A DNA stretch of 64,000 nt from the NCBI RefSeq assembly GCF_963921235.1, contig NC_086098.1, forward strand, positions 191,456,001-191,520,000, read 5' to 3'. Under the pieces are notes generated by a model that ran no database searches, had not been told where the DNA came from, and saw only the letters and a program-made list of their open reading frames with translations. Both the position numbers and the translations under genes were made by a program. The stretch comes from Mobula hypostoma. Taxonomy: Eukaryota. Of the stretch, positions 1-12,252 are shown piece by piece; position 1 is the first letter of the stretch; each line of letters begins with the position of its first letter.

Positions 1-79
1 GTTTACTATACCCAGTTTTTGTTTCTTTGTTCCTTCCCTATCCTTTGTTTTGTTTTCATTAACTTGCCCATGCATGCAG

Positions 80-226
80 CAACCTGAATTTAGGGACCAA
101 GTGGACTGGCAGCAAGACGAGAGTCAAACCTTGGAGAACTGTGGAACTAACACTAAGGAATATCGGGAAAGCAACAAGGATTATAACATCTATAGCCGTG
201 AAGAAAGCGACTCTTATGCTACAGAG
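80..226 (+). CDS. SOGA1: SOGA1/MTCL2 internal coding exon (first in window; gene starts upstream)
   Basis: Pyrimidine tract and cag| at 77-79, then an open frame QPEFRDQ...EESDSYATE and |gtaaat donor. 147 nt, phase 0/0. The C-terminal end resembles the recalled SOGA1 motif just before KELQL and joins the next exon in frame. Confidence 0.8.
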
Positions 227-1301
227 GTAAATTCGTAATATTATTTATCTCGTTAGTAAAATGAGTTAATTGTGGAAGCTTTCATAGTCCTGTTGCAAGC
301 ATATAAAAGAGGTAAGAAGATGCAATGTTTTTATAAGGAATATTACTGCATGTGGTACGTTATTCTCAAAATGTTTTTTTTGGTTTAAAAGATCCAATTC
401 CCTGGAAATAAACAATACCTTTCTACTCAAAGTACTGGAAAAATGCTCAGGCATTGAATTTATTTTTGTTTGTGATACATACTTATGAAATTAAAATGCA
501 AGTAAGTCAGTGTGACAGCTGGTTTAGGAGGAAATGCAATTCAGCTCTCTCATCAAATACTGGTCTCTCGTGTAGCTGACTCGTTAGGATGATGCTGGTC
601 TTCCAGCTGGAACATTCACAGGTACACACCCTGCTGTATTTTAAGGAGGGAAGCTACCAGATCTGAGTGCTGCTATGAATTTGGACAAATCAAACAATTT
701 GTTGCCCTGTGGCTCAGTATGGAGAGCCTGCTTCTGAGGATTGTGGTTAGGCTGCTGGGCTGGGCAGTGTGGAGACTCATTGCAAGCAGACAGCATTTTT
801 GGTTTTAATTTCTTCTAACTTGGTCTTGTAAGGTTAACTGATGTAAATGAGGACTGGCAGCGCAGGTTGGAGCGTGAAGGGTTCATACGTGAAGAGTGAG
901 TTAAGGCAGTTTAATTGCGACTGCCTGCAAGCAAACAAATTTCAAGGTTGTATATAATTTATATATTCCTTAATAAAAAATGCACCTTGAATCTTTGAAT
1001 CATGAATCAGGTTTGTAATTATATTCTAATATGATATGAAATTTGTAGTTTTATGGCAGCAATACAGGGCAAAGACATAAAAAAAATTACAAAATATATT
1101 AATGTTACAGTAAATTTCCCTGTATTAAAATATATTTCCATATGATTATGCATGTGTTAGATAAGATGTGCACTTACATTATCATATGTGTTGATGCACA
1201 CAGACAAGCAAGAGTCAAGTTCGCTCTTCTAGTGGTCATACTGTTTCTGTAGATGTAAAACATTCTGGCCGATAAAACAGAATTCCAGTCAGTTGATAGC
1301 A

Positions 1302-1765
1302 ACGGTATTTCGTTAGGAGGTTGAGGAGATTTGGTACGTAGCCAAAGACACTCGCAAGTTTTTACAGAAGTACCGTGGAGAGTGTTTTAACTGGAATGGG
1401 GGTGGAGGGTGGGGTGGCTACTGCACAGGGTCAAAATAAGCTGCAGAGCATTGTAAACTCAGTCAGCTCCATCATGGGCGCTAGCCTCCATAGTATCCAG
1501 GACATCTTCAAAGAGCGATGCCTCAAAAAGGTGGCATCCATCATCAAGGACCTCCATCACCCAGGACATGCCTTGTTCTCATTGCTGCCATCAGGAAGGA
1601 AGTACAGAAGCCTGAAGGCATACACTCAATGATTCAGGAACGGCTTCTTACCCTCTGCCATTTGATTTCTAAGTGGACATTGAGCCTATGAACACTATGT
1701 TACAATTTTTTATTTCTATTTTTGCACTACTTGTTTAATTTAACTGTCTTGAATATAATACTTTT
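1302..1765 (+). mobile_element. Rex1/Babar-type LINE 3' fragment
   Basis: Degenerate translation YFVRRLRRFG...TVESVLTG...KLQSIVNS...IIKDLHHPGHALFSLLPSGRKYRSL (DUF1891-type C-terminus). Confidence 0.75.
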
Positions 1766-1976
1766 GGCCAGCTGGTGGCATAGTGGCATCAGCTCCGGAC
1801 TTTGGAGCGAAGGCTCCCGAGTTCGAATCCAGCCAGCTCCCTTGCACACTTTCCATCCGTGCTGGGTTGAGCATCGAGCTAGCAACTCGGCCTTGTAAAA
1901 ATAAGAAAGCTTGCTAAAAAAAAACATTGTCATGATGGCGTCCCAATGATTACTCTCGGAGTTAAGGACTTTCTTC
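1766..1976 (+). mobile_element. tRNA-derived SINE (second copy ~24890-25040)
   Basis: A-box TGGCATAGTGG and B-box GAGTTCGAATCC; the body GCTGGGTTGAG..GAGCTAGCAACTC is shared with the copy at 24.9-25.0 kb. Confidence 0.75.
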
Positions 1977-1984
1977 GATGTAAT

Positions 1985-3797
1985 ACATTTTTTCCTCACC
2001 CCTTATGGGTAGTGTGTATCTGTATTTTCCCCTCAATTTTGGATCCTCTACCAGAGGCCTGGGAGCTTGAGGGTTCGGTGCAGTCTATCCCTGCTGTTCC
2101 CTAATCATGCGCTCTTCTGGGCCAAGATCTCAGATGTTGTTCCCAGGATTTGTTGGAGCCACTCTCCCAGTCCAGGTGTCACAGCTCTAAGTGCTTCTAT
2201 CACCACGGGGATTACTCTGGTTTTAGCCTTTCTCATCCTTTCTATCTGTTCTTTCAAGCTTCTCATATTCTTTCTTCCTGATGTTACTGTCATACAGGAT
2301 TGCCACATCATTATGATTGCTTTCTTCTGTTCCTTGTCCAATACTACTACGTCTGGTTGGTACCTGCTTATCAGTCTGTATCTGGAGGTCCCACCAGATC
2401 TTAGCTCTGTCATTCTCCACTACTTTCTCAGGTGTTTGCCCTTTGGACTGGGAATGTCCAATCCCATACTCAGCGCAGATGTTCCTCTACACAATTCCGG
2501 CAACTTGGTTGTGCCGTTCAGTGTGTGCTGTCCCTGCCTGCAGCTTGCACCCTGCTACTCGGTGCAGCATGGTTTCAGTGGATTTCTTGCACAGTCTACA
2601 CCTTGAGTCTTGTCTGGTGTGCTCTTCTGGACGACGCCTGTTCTTGTGCAGCCATGAGCAGCACCTCCATGCTATCCCTCAGCCCTGCCATTTCCAGCCA
2701 TTGGTAGGACTTCCTTATGTCAGCCATCTCTGATATCTGGCAGTGGTACATCCCATGTAGTGGCTTGTCCTGCCATGGCCTCTAGTCCTCTGGCTGTGCT
2801 TCACCCACTTCCTTTTCCATATCTCCTGCCTGCTGTCTGTGGTATTCTCCTAGCAGGTCATCCTTAGGAGCCATCTTCCTGATATACTCATGGATGTTTT
2901 GCATTTCTTCCAGAACTGCGGCCTTGACACTTCCAAGTCCCCGTCCTCTTTTATTTGGTGTATGGTCGCTCAACATTGGACTTTGGATGCAATATTGTTA
3001 ATAGTTCCTGGGTCTTGATGTCAGTGGCTTCCAGTTCATTCCTTGGCCAGCACACTATTTCGGCTGGGTATCAGATGACTGGTAGGGCGAATGTGTTGGT
3101 GGCCCTGATCTTGTTCTTCCCATTCAGCTGGCCTTTTAGGACCTGTCTCATTCTTTGTAGGTACTTGGATCTTGCAGCCTTCCTTGTGTCCTTATCGTGG
3201 CTTCCATGCGCGTGCAAGATCCCAGGTATTTGTAGTTGTCCTGTTTATCTGGTATGTGGCCTTCAAGTAACTCAACTCCTTCAGTCTTGATGAGTTTGCC
3301 TCTTTTCACTATCATCCGGCTGCATGTTTCCAGTCCAAATGACATCCTGATGTCTTTGCTGTCCACCCTTGTTAGGTGGATTAGTGGGTCAATGTCCTTT
3401 TTATTTCTGGCATACAGCTTGATGTCATCCATGTGCAGGAGGTGGCTGATGGCCACTCCACTCTTGACCCTCTACCCATATCCACTCTTTGAGATGATCT
3501 GGCTGAGGGGATTCAAGCCTATGCAGAACAGCAGTGGGGACAGTGCATCACCCTGGTATATTCCACATCTGATGGTCACTTGTACTATTGGCTCCAAGTA
3601 CCAACTACTGGTAAACAAAGCAGTCGTATGAGACTCCAAGACCAGGCAGACCAAATCACAACCTGGATCGACTACCAGTAAGCATATGACTCAGTGCCCC
3701 ACACATGGATCCTGAAATGCCTGTCTTGCACAAGGTAAACAAGACATTAAGGGCCTTCATCAAGAACTCAAGGGGTTGTTGGATGACAATGCTAGAA
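1985..3797 (-). mobile_element. R4/Dong (Rex6-like) RLE non-LTR retrotransposon, degenerate, 5'-truncated with inverted 5' part
   Basis: Minus-strand RT motifs CGIYQGDALSPLLFC and HLLHMDDIKLY, then ENDRAKIWWD, the PD(V)VV restriction-like endonuclease motif and the terminal RTLKLPGLW*. Bases ~3590-3797 encode the upstream RT part on the + strand. Confidence 0.85.
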
Positions 3798-4627
3798 AAG
3801 TAAAGAAAATGAAATGCAGAATTTTGAAATTAGAAGTTAATCAAAGCTATCAAAAGGTATGTTTCATTTTCTGACATTGTTCAGTTACACGTTTATGATG
3901 GGGGGTATATAGAGAATGGCCCTCAGCTGTCAGGATTGTCAGAATCTGTGCCATTCAGACTTCATATATCCCAGTTACATCTACTGTCCAAAGACAATTA
4001 CAGTCAACCTAACTGCTCCAGGAGAAAGGTATAAAATTTTCATTTGCACTTTATTATATAGGCTGTCCTGAGGAATATGTTGGAGTTCCACTCATTGTAG
4101 AATTAAGAGAAAGTGGATATTTGGAGAAAAGTCTGAAAGACTGCCAGCAAACAGTGAACCTTTAAGGAGGTGTGACACATGATGGTTGCTGGGCCTACAT
4201 ATGAGAAAAGATTTTTCACTCCAGGCCTGTAGCCTATTGGAGCTCATTGACATTTGTATTTGTCCATTGGCTGATTTTGCACAAACCTCTGACATTTTTA
4301 AGTAAGTGCACACTATTTCCCTGTGTAGACTGATGCTGAACTTGGGATCTTGGGCGACAACATTTCCTGCTTGTCAGATATTCCTAAAGGTGGATTATTT
4401 TCATCTCAGCAGCTACAACGTCTGATGCAGCAAATCTTGGTATTTACTCAGTTCCACAAACAAAATGAAAATGACTGAGCCATTTTTGGATGCAGCTCCT
4501 GAGACGCTAGAACAGGGGCAGAGAAAATGGTTTGCAAAGAGACTGGAGAATATGGTCCCCTAACATCCGCAGCCTTGGAGCGAATAAGGATCATGTTCGG
4601 CAGCCTCAAGTGAACCACCATCATGAT

Positions 4628-5410
4628 TCAAGTTCAAATTCAAGTTTAATTGTCATCCAACCATACATAAATACCCATAAGTACAGTCAAGTGAAAGGAC
4701 GTTACTCTAGCTCCAAGGTGCAAAGCACGGCACTAACAGGCACACACAACACAAGGCACCTGCAGCACATATAAGGTTGCATAAATTATAGTCACACACA
4801 CACAAAAAATATAGTCCGGGTCCCTGAGTCCATGAACGTTGCAGCAGTTTGGCAGTTGTACACAATACAGCTTGTCTTCTGCCAAGCGAACATTGGGGTA
4901 CAGCACCGACTCCAGCTTGGACGCTGCACCATGCCACCTCCGGTGGAGCACTCTGACTCCGCCTCTCTCCTGGGCGTCTGTAAACAGGCGATACAGTGGC
5001 TTGAGATTTACTCCTCACTACGACTGAGGCCACGCCACTCCCCAGCCATCCGCCAAGGAACCCGTAAATCGAACTTGCAGCATCCCACAATAACAATGTC
5101 CAATGGGGTGTTGTAATCACAAATAATACATGTAAAACGATAACTAGCTGTTAGACTGCACCCCGCCTTCATGCACTGACTCCTCTGATGCAGGCAGCAG
5201 CTCGATCTGCACCAAGTCCAGCTCCTTCAGTTTCTCCACCAATGAGCAACTCGATGATAGGATAGACCTGCAGTACTTAAAGTTCTTAATGTCCATCAGG
5301 GTCTTGCAGTCGTAAAAAAATAAGTTTAGAAAGGACATTAACACCTTTGGTTCACTCCATGGAAGCCACTGCATCCTAGTGCATTGCCATTTTTCTGGAA
5401 GTAGCCAGAA
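4628..5410 (-). mobile_element. Non-autonomous LINE-tailed element, copy A
   Basis: Reverse-complement similarity over its full length to 5843-6625; (TTGAA)n-type tail at 4628-4650. Confidence 0.7.
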
Positions 5411-5842
5411 TGCAGTGTATAAACGTGTAACATGTACTTGCCACAAAGTACTTCCTGTTACCAGGTCGCTGTATGATGAAGGCTGCAAGCAAATCATTCC
5501 GGTGATCCCAGTTATTCCATATGTATGTGTAAAAGGAAAATTTTACAAATGCCTGTGTGAAAACTGAAGCATCATCAATCAAGTATTTATAGAATTCTCG
5601 CCCCGAAATGAGCTTCCAACAAATGTTAGTTGTATCATTCTGTGTGACTCCTAAAAAGTCATACAGCATGGAAACGGTTCCCTTGGCTCACCTAGTCCAT
5701 GCCGACCTTGAAATGCCCATCTATACTCATCCTACTTTTTTGTTCTCCTCATGATTTCATCAACTCACCTAGATTTACCCCTCATCCTCACACTATGGGC
5801 AATTTATAGTGATCCTTTGTGATGTAGTAGGAACCAGAGCAT

Positions 5843-6625
5843 CTTACTTCCAGTGGAATAGTGGCGCGTTCAGTCGCTGTGGCTTCTATGGGGCCAACCA
5901 TAGATACTATTGTATTTTATACATATCTTTTAAGATCGCAAGACCGCACTGCACATTAAGAACTTAAAGTACTGCAGATCTACCCCATCAGTGAGTTGCT
6001 AGCTCACTGAAACTGAAGGAGCTGAGCTTGTTGCAGATGGTGCTGCTGCCTGCGACGGCGCAGTCAGTGCACGAAGGCAGTGTGCAGTCTAACGGCAATT
6101 GATCGTCTTAGTCGCTTTTCCTGTGATCTCAAGACCCTGTTGGCGATTGTTAATGTAGAATGCTGCAAGTCCGATTCACTGATTTATTGGCGGAAGGCTG
6201 GGAGCTGTGTGGCCTCGGCCGTAGTGAGGAGTAGGCCTCAAACCGTGGTGTTGCCTGTTTGCAGCCACCGAGGAGAGAGGGGTCGTAGTCGGTGGGTTTC
6301 ACCGGAGGCAGTGTGGCACAGTGTCCAAGCTGGAGTCAGTGCTGCACCTCAGTGTTCACTCAGCAGAAGACAAGCTGTGTTGTGTACCACTGCAGACTGC
6401 TGCAACGTTCATGAACTCAGGGTCTTGGACTATATTTCTTTTGTGTGAATGCTTTACTGATATTTTATTACGTTCTCACTATATTATATGTGCTTGCTAT
6501 CTTGTATATGTCTTGTGCTGTGTGTGACTGTTGGTACTGTGGTTTGCATCTTGGTCCCAGAGTAACACTATTTCATTTGGCTGTACTCCTGTATGGCTGA
6601 ATGTCAATTAAGCTTAAACTTGAAC
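5843..6625 (+). mobile_element. Non-autonomous LINE-tailed element, copy B
   Basis: Starts ACTTCCAG..TGGCG and ends AAGCTTAAACTTGAA; same family as 4628-5410. Confidence 0.7.
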
Positions 6626-6827
6626 CAAAGAGAATTGCACGTGATCGCAGGAAGAATATGCAAACTCCATACAGAAGTGCATCCTTATCAGCTAACTGTG
6701 AACATCTAGAGTGTATCTTGGGTTTTCCAAAAATAAGTTATGTCGTAGATGTTAAAATTAATTATTCTCATAAACGTGCCAGGTTTACCCTTTCTTCCAT
6801 GTATTGGATCCCTGTCCAACCAAATGA

Positions 6828-7330
6828 TTCAAAGATTCATAGAACATTTATTATCAAAGTGTGTATAAATTATACAACCTTGGGATTTGTCTGGTTACAG
6901 GCAGCCACAAAACAAGAAACCCGAAAGAACCCGGTTTAAAAAAAAAAGACCAACACCCAGTGCACAGAGAGAGGAAAAAAAAAACACAAATCATGCAAAC
7001 AGTAAAGCAGGCATCAGCATTCAGAACAAAATTGAGTCCATAAAGCCGAAGCCTGGAGCAGATGGAGTAGGCCCATAGCCTCGGTCTCAGTTCATCATAC
7101 CCAGTGGCAAATCACCACAAAGCTCACAGACACTAAGCCTGGAGCAGCCAGAGCACAACACAACCTCAGCTTCACTGCTGAGGAGAGCGCAGTAAAACAT
7201 CAGGAGCGGAACCAGCCCTGACCCTCACCTCTGCTCCCAACACCCTGCCTTTTCAGTCAATTTGGCCTGGCTTATTAATTGCTGAAGCTCCAGTTTGTCC
7301 CCTGCCTTAGGACCCGGGCCCCACCGTGGC
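6828..7330 (-). mobile_element. Non-autonomous LINE-tailed repeat (related copy ~32545-33190)
   Basis: Blocks resembling CATTTATTATCAAA, CAAATCATGCAAA and CCTTTTCA.T..GGCC recur in both copies. Confidence 0.6.
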
Positions 7331-7344
7331 ACTTACCACAATTT

Positions 7345-8102
7345 TCCACATCTCCCTGCTGAAGCAGAGCAACTGAAACATTATCATCTTGCATGGCCTC
7401 CTCGACATCAGTGAGACCCAGTGGAAATTGTGAGATTATTTTGTCGAGCCCGTTCGCTCTGCCCACCGTTAGAGCCGTAATCTCCCAATGGCCAGCCAAC
7501 TTAATTCCGCTTCCCATTCCTACAGCGACATTTCTGTGCACAGCCTCTTTTACAGCTAAGGTGAGGTCAGACACATATGCAAGGATCAGCAACAGCTCAG
7601 ATTCTGCCTTGGTAGTCTCCAACCTGATTATATCAACATAGATTTATCCAACCTGGTAGTTTCTTCCCTCTGTCTCTCCCCACCCAATGTTGTTTACCCT
7701 TATTCCTCTTGTCCTTTCAACACTTCTGTTTCTCTTCTCCCATTCTCATGACCCGCCCATCACCCACACCTTCCTACTTTTTGTTCCTCACCTCCTTCTC
7801 CTTTTTCCCTTTGTCCAATCAGATTCCATTTTCTTCAGCATTTTGTCTCTTCCACACTTCACCTCTCAGCTTCTCACTCCGTTTCCTCTTTCCCCCACCC
7901 ACCTTCCTACTTCCCTTTGTCACCTACATTCACCTATCATTCTCCCGCCCCGAGGCTTTTATTTTGCCTTACTTTTTCCTTCCAGTCCTGATGAAGGTTC
8001 TCAGCCCAGAATGTGGGTTGTTTGTTTCCCTCCACACCGAGTTCCTCCAGCATTTTGTGTGTCGCTCCAGAGTTGCAGCATCTGCAGTCTCTCATGTCTG
8101 CA
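7345..8102 (+). mobile_element. Penelope-like element 3' fragment (GIY-YIG remnant plus pseudo-LTR)
   Basis: Decayed version of the 18255-19030 copy; CT-rich tract; terminus CCAGTCCTGATGAAGG...GAGTTCCTCCAGCATTTTGTGTG. Confidence 0.7.
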
Positions 8103-8399
8103 ATCATGTTGTGTGTACCCAGATTTAATGTCTTGAGTGGTAATGAGGCAGCATCCCCCATGAGCAGCCTGGATGTATTGTCATTCAATCATATAAATTG
8201 ATTAATTCCGTCATTCAATCCACCAAACAAAACATCATTCCTCCAGCCCTACACTGCACATGTAACTTTCGCACAACACGTAAAGCAATATTACCACAAA
8301 TATATTAACAAGTGATAAAATATATTCCAGAAGATTGACATTTGCCATTTATGACACAGGTTAAAAAGTAAACAGAATAATGCCAGTGGCGCCTCATAT

Positions 8400-8760
8400 G
8401 TGACGAGACCGGGATGATGGCCAGGAAGTCAGTAGTCTCACGACCTGGAGGAAGAAGCTGTTTCCCGTCCTAAACATCCTTGTCCAAATGCTGCAGAACT
8501 TCCTGCCTAATGTTAGGAGATTAAAAAAATTGAGGGACAGCTTGTCGAGATTCTTGACAATGCTAAGGACCCTGCATATGCAGCATTCCAGATAAATATC
8601 TCAGATGAGTGGAAGAAGGACCCTGATAATCCTCAACAGTCCTCACTGTCTTTTTGTAGGGTCTTGTAGTTAGATGCATTGCAACTCCCCACCCCCCACC
8701 CCCATGCCATATAGTGATGCAGCTGGTCAGGATGCTCTCAATGCTGCTCTTGTAGTTCTA
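8400..8760 (-). mobile_element. Rex1/Babar-type LINE fragment, old
   Basis: Similar to 25222-25660 and 61500-61865 (GAAGAAGCTGTT.CC, GCTGGTCAGGATGCTCTC). Confidence 0.5.
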
Positions 8761-9199
8761 GGTGATGATGGTATTGGTTGTGAATTACAGCTATTGGTCA
8801 TAAATAATGTAGAAACTGTGGCACAGAGCAGTTGGAAAGTAATTTGAGTGTAATGGCATTTCCATAATGCTGCTGTTGTAGTGTTTTGCAGTTGTAAAAC
8901 AGATAATGTCACAATACACTTGGCTGGTTGCTTCACTTCATATGTAGATAATACATACCCCGATATATCTCTGTCCTTGATGCTGTCAAGCATCTGACTA
9001 TGTTGCAACTGTACTCCAGAGAAGTTGGGAGTATTGAATTGCACTACTGTGTAATCAGACCTGCTCTCATCTGTCCTCAAATCCTCATTACACCCCACTA
9101 ATAGATGCTGTCAGGGAAGAAAAGCTGAGAGATTTAAATTATCATTGTAGAAATGCAGATTGAAGAAATGGATAGAAGCAAAAAGAACACAAACCTATC

Positions 9200-9590
9200 A
9201 AGTCAACTTCCCCATTCCATCAACTCCATTCTCCTGCCTTCTCCCCGTAACCTTCGGCTGTCTTACTACTCAAGAACTTATCAGCCTCCCTTTAAATATA
9301 TCCAATGACCTAGCCTCCACAGCCGTCTGTGGCAATGAATTCCACAGATGCACCACCCTCTGGCTAAAGAAATTCCTTCTCATCTATATTTTAAATGGAT
9401 GTCCTTGAATTCTGAGGCTGTGTCCTCTGTGCTTGGAAAATTCCCACCCTCCACTATTGGAAATATCCTCTCTACATCCACTCTATCTAGGCCTTTCAAT
9501 AGTCAATAGGTTTCAATGAGATCCTCCCTTTATTCATCTAAACTCCAGCAAGTACAGGCCCAGAGCCATCAGTACACTCTTCATACATGA
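9200..9590 (-). mobile_element. CR1 LINE 3' fragment
   Basis: Contains CACCACCCTCTGGCTAAAGAAATT, i.e. NFFSQRVV on the minus strand. Confidence 0.8.
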
Positions 9591-10023
9591 AAGAATAGAT
9601 CCTTACTAAATCAGAATCAAAACTGAAAAAACATTAACATTTCAAAGCAAAAATCAAAGAAATGAACATGTAGCAGAAGTGCCGTTTCATGACCTTTTGC
9701 AGGAGATTAAGTGTATTTTGTTTTGCATTCTTCATCACACCGAACGTGTATAGATTCACAGTGAAAATTTTTTATCTACCTTTGCTGCAGGAGCATTGGT
9801 TTTCAGCTGGTCATTAACTGGGAAAGTTCCCTCAGCACAAGCAATTCCATTTTCATTATCTCAGAACCTCGCTGCAGTGCCTGCGACAATATTACAGCTA
9901 ACATTAGCCTGCCTAGTCTGCTAGAAGAAGTGACAGTGTCATATAATTGGAGACATAAGGAAGACTATTGAAAAAAAAATCTCTGCAGCCATACTCATTC
10001 ACCTCAACTTTTTATTTAACAAG

Positions 10024-10149
10024 GTTAAAGAACTCCAACTTGATCTATCTGAAGCTAAGGAAACCATCCGAGGACTGCAGGGGCAGCTTGCTCAGGAAAG
10101 GGAGCTTCGAAATGAGGATGCAGAAAGATTTCAACAGAAAATGTCACAG
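10024..10149 (+). CDS. SOGA1: SOGA1/MTCL2 coding exon (coiled coil)
   Basis: tttttatttaacaag| VKELQLDLSEAKETIRGLQGQLAQERELRNEDAERFQQKMSQ |gtcagt. 126 nt, phase 0/0; heptad pattern matches recalled SOGA1 KELQL...QERQLR...FNQKMVQ. Confidence 0.92.
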
Positions 10150-10521
10150 GTCAGTTTGAGAAGAGCTCTTTGAACTGTCTGTGATAGAATTTTTGATTTA
10201 TAAGGTGACTCATAAGAGACACTGAAGAAAATCATTTTTTGCCAAGTTTATTACGCAGTTCAAATTCTAGAGGAGTTAAGTAATTCACTTTAATTTCACA
10301 TGGAAACAAATGAGTAACACAATGTGTTCAGGAAAATTGTCCTGTTATAAAGCATTGAAATATCTATCCAAGACAATGTTGTCCTCACAGGAGTTCACTT
10401 GCAGAATGGGCAAAAGCATAAATTCAATGCTTTCCAACCATCAATCTCTAGCGGTCCTGCAGGAGCAAGAGAGGGGGACTGAAATGGGAATATATAGAAC
10501 ACTGTAACCAACAGTGGGAAT

Positions 10522-11065
10522 GTACACTCGGTGGCCACTTTGTTAGTTACCCTCCTATACCTAATAAAGTGGCCATTGTGTGTGTGTTTATTGCCATCTG
10601 CCACCGTAGCCCATTTACTTCAAGGTTCGAAGTGTTGTGCATTTCGAGAAGTATCTCTGCACACCATTGCTGTAAGGCATGGTTATTTGAATTACTGTTG
10701 CCTTCCTGTCAGCTTGAACCAGTCTGGACATTCTCCTCTGACCTCTCTCATTAACACGCCGTTTTTGCTCACAGAACAGCTGCTCACTAGATTTTTTTTC
10801 ACACCTTTCTTTGTAAAGTATAGAGACTATTGTGCATGAAAACCCCAGGAAATCAGCAACTTCTGAGACACTCAAGCCACCCCAGTATGGCACCATCAAT
10901 CCACAGTTGAAGTCACTTAGATCACACTTCTCCCCCATTCTGATGTTTGGTCCCCTCTTGACCACGTCTGCATGCTTTTATGCATTGAATTGTGGCCATG
11001 TGATTGGCTGAATGGGTATTTGAGCAGTACTGCAGGTGTACCTAATAAAGTGGCCACAGAGTGTA
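10522..11065 (-). mobile_element. Tc1-family non-autonomous DNA transposon
   Basis: TIRs TACACTC.GTGGCCACTTT.TTAG at both ends; encodes only the paired-HTH N-terminus (MGEKCDLSDF...ADFLGFS...RGQRRMSRLVQADRKATV). Confidence 0.88.
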
Positions 11066-11639
11066 AGTTAGGGAATTCAAGAGGGAAAAACCCTTATCCC
11101 AAGTAGAGAATGGGAGGCAAATGGGCTTATATCTGTTTATAGTTGTAGATCATCTCATACAGATACAGTAGATTCCAGTTATTTGACACGCATCAGGACT
11201 ATTACATTTTGGCCCAGTTAAGCAACTGCCCCAATTAGCTGAAGTTTCATGGAAATGTTTAAAGAGGTATAGAAAAGACAGACTAGCATTTAACTGAGTA
11301 ACAAATTATGTACTTAAATGAAATTCTGAACAAATTAGAACACAACCAATGCTACCACAACACTATAAAACTGCCTTAGTTCATAATAGTTATCGACAGT
11401 GTACGATAGTAACAGTGTGCTGTGTGTGGGGTGTGCAGGGAGGAGTAGCAGCTCTGGTGAAGGGGCTTGTCATGTCCAGACTGGGACAGATCACTCACCC
11501 GTGACCCCCACTGGACTCTCAGCTCTCACCTGAGCCCCAGGTGGCTCTTTGTATGTGACAGTGACCACACCCATTACGCCGCTTCAGCTGGCAGCTAAAC
11601 CAGGTGCAGGTAGCCAACAGACTTCATACCCTGGTAAAA

Positions 11640-12252
11640 TAAGACCATAAGACATAGAAGCAGAATTAGGCCATCTGGCCCATCGAGTGTACTCTGCCAC
11701 TCAATTATGGCTGATCCTTTTTTTCCCAACTCCTCCTCAACCCCACTCCCCGGCTTTCTCCCCTTAACATTTGATGCCATGTCCAATCAAGACCTATCAA
11801 TTTCTGCCTTAAATACACCTAATGACCTGGCCTCCACAGCTGCATGTGGCAACAAATTCCACAAATTCACCACCCTCTGGCTAAAGAAATTTCTCCGCAT
11901 CTCTGTTTTGAAAGGACGCCCCTCTATCCTGTGGCTGTGGCTGTGCCCTCTTGTCCTACCTAGACTCTCCCACCATGGGAAACATGCTTTCCACATCTAC
12001 TCTGTCTAGGCCTTTCAATATTTGAAAGGTTTCAGTGAGATCCCCCCTCATCCTTCTGAATTCCAACAACATCAAACCCAGAGCCATCAAATGTTCCTCG
12101 TATTATAACCCTTTCATTCCTGGAATCATCCTTGTGAACCTCCTCTGGACCCTCTCCAATGCCAGCACATCTCTTCTAAGATGAAGGGCCCAAAACTGTT
12201 CATGGTACTCAAGATGAGGCTTCACCAGTGCCTTATAAAGCCTCAACATCAT
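11640..12252 (-). mobile_element. CR1 LINE 3' fragment
   Basis: RTRGH..RIEGRPFKTEMRRNFFSQRVVNLWNLLP; 3' hairpin region and tail at 11640-11715. Confidence 0.88.

Noticed and set aside
1766-1840. Functional tRNA gene
   Set aside because: A/B boxes run into a SINE body and tail, a diverged second copy exists at ~24.9 kb, and no clean cloverleaf is evident.
2067-3631. Several overlapping plus-strand ORFs of 90-180 aa
   Set aside because: They are antisense shadows of the minus-strand R4/Dong retrotransposon.
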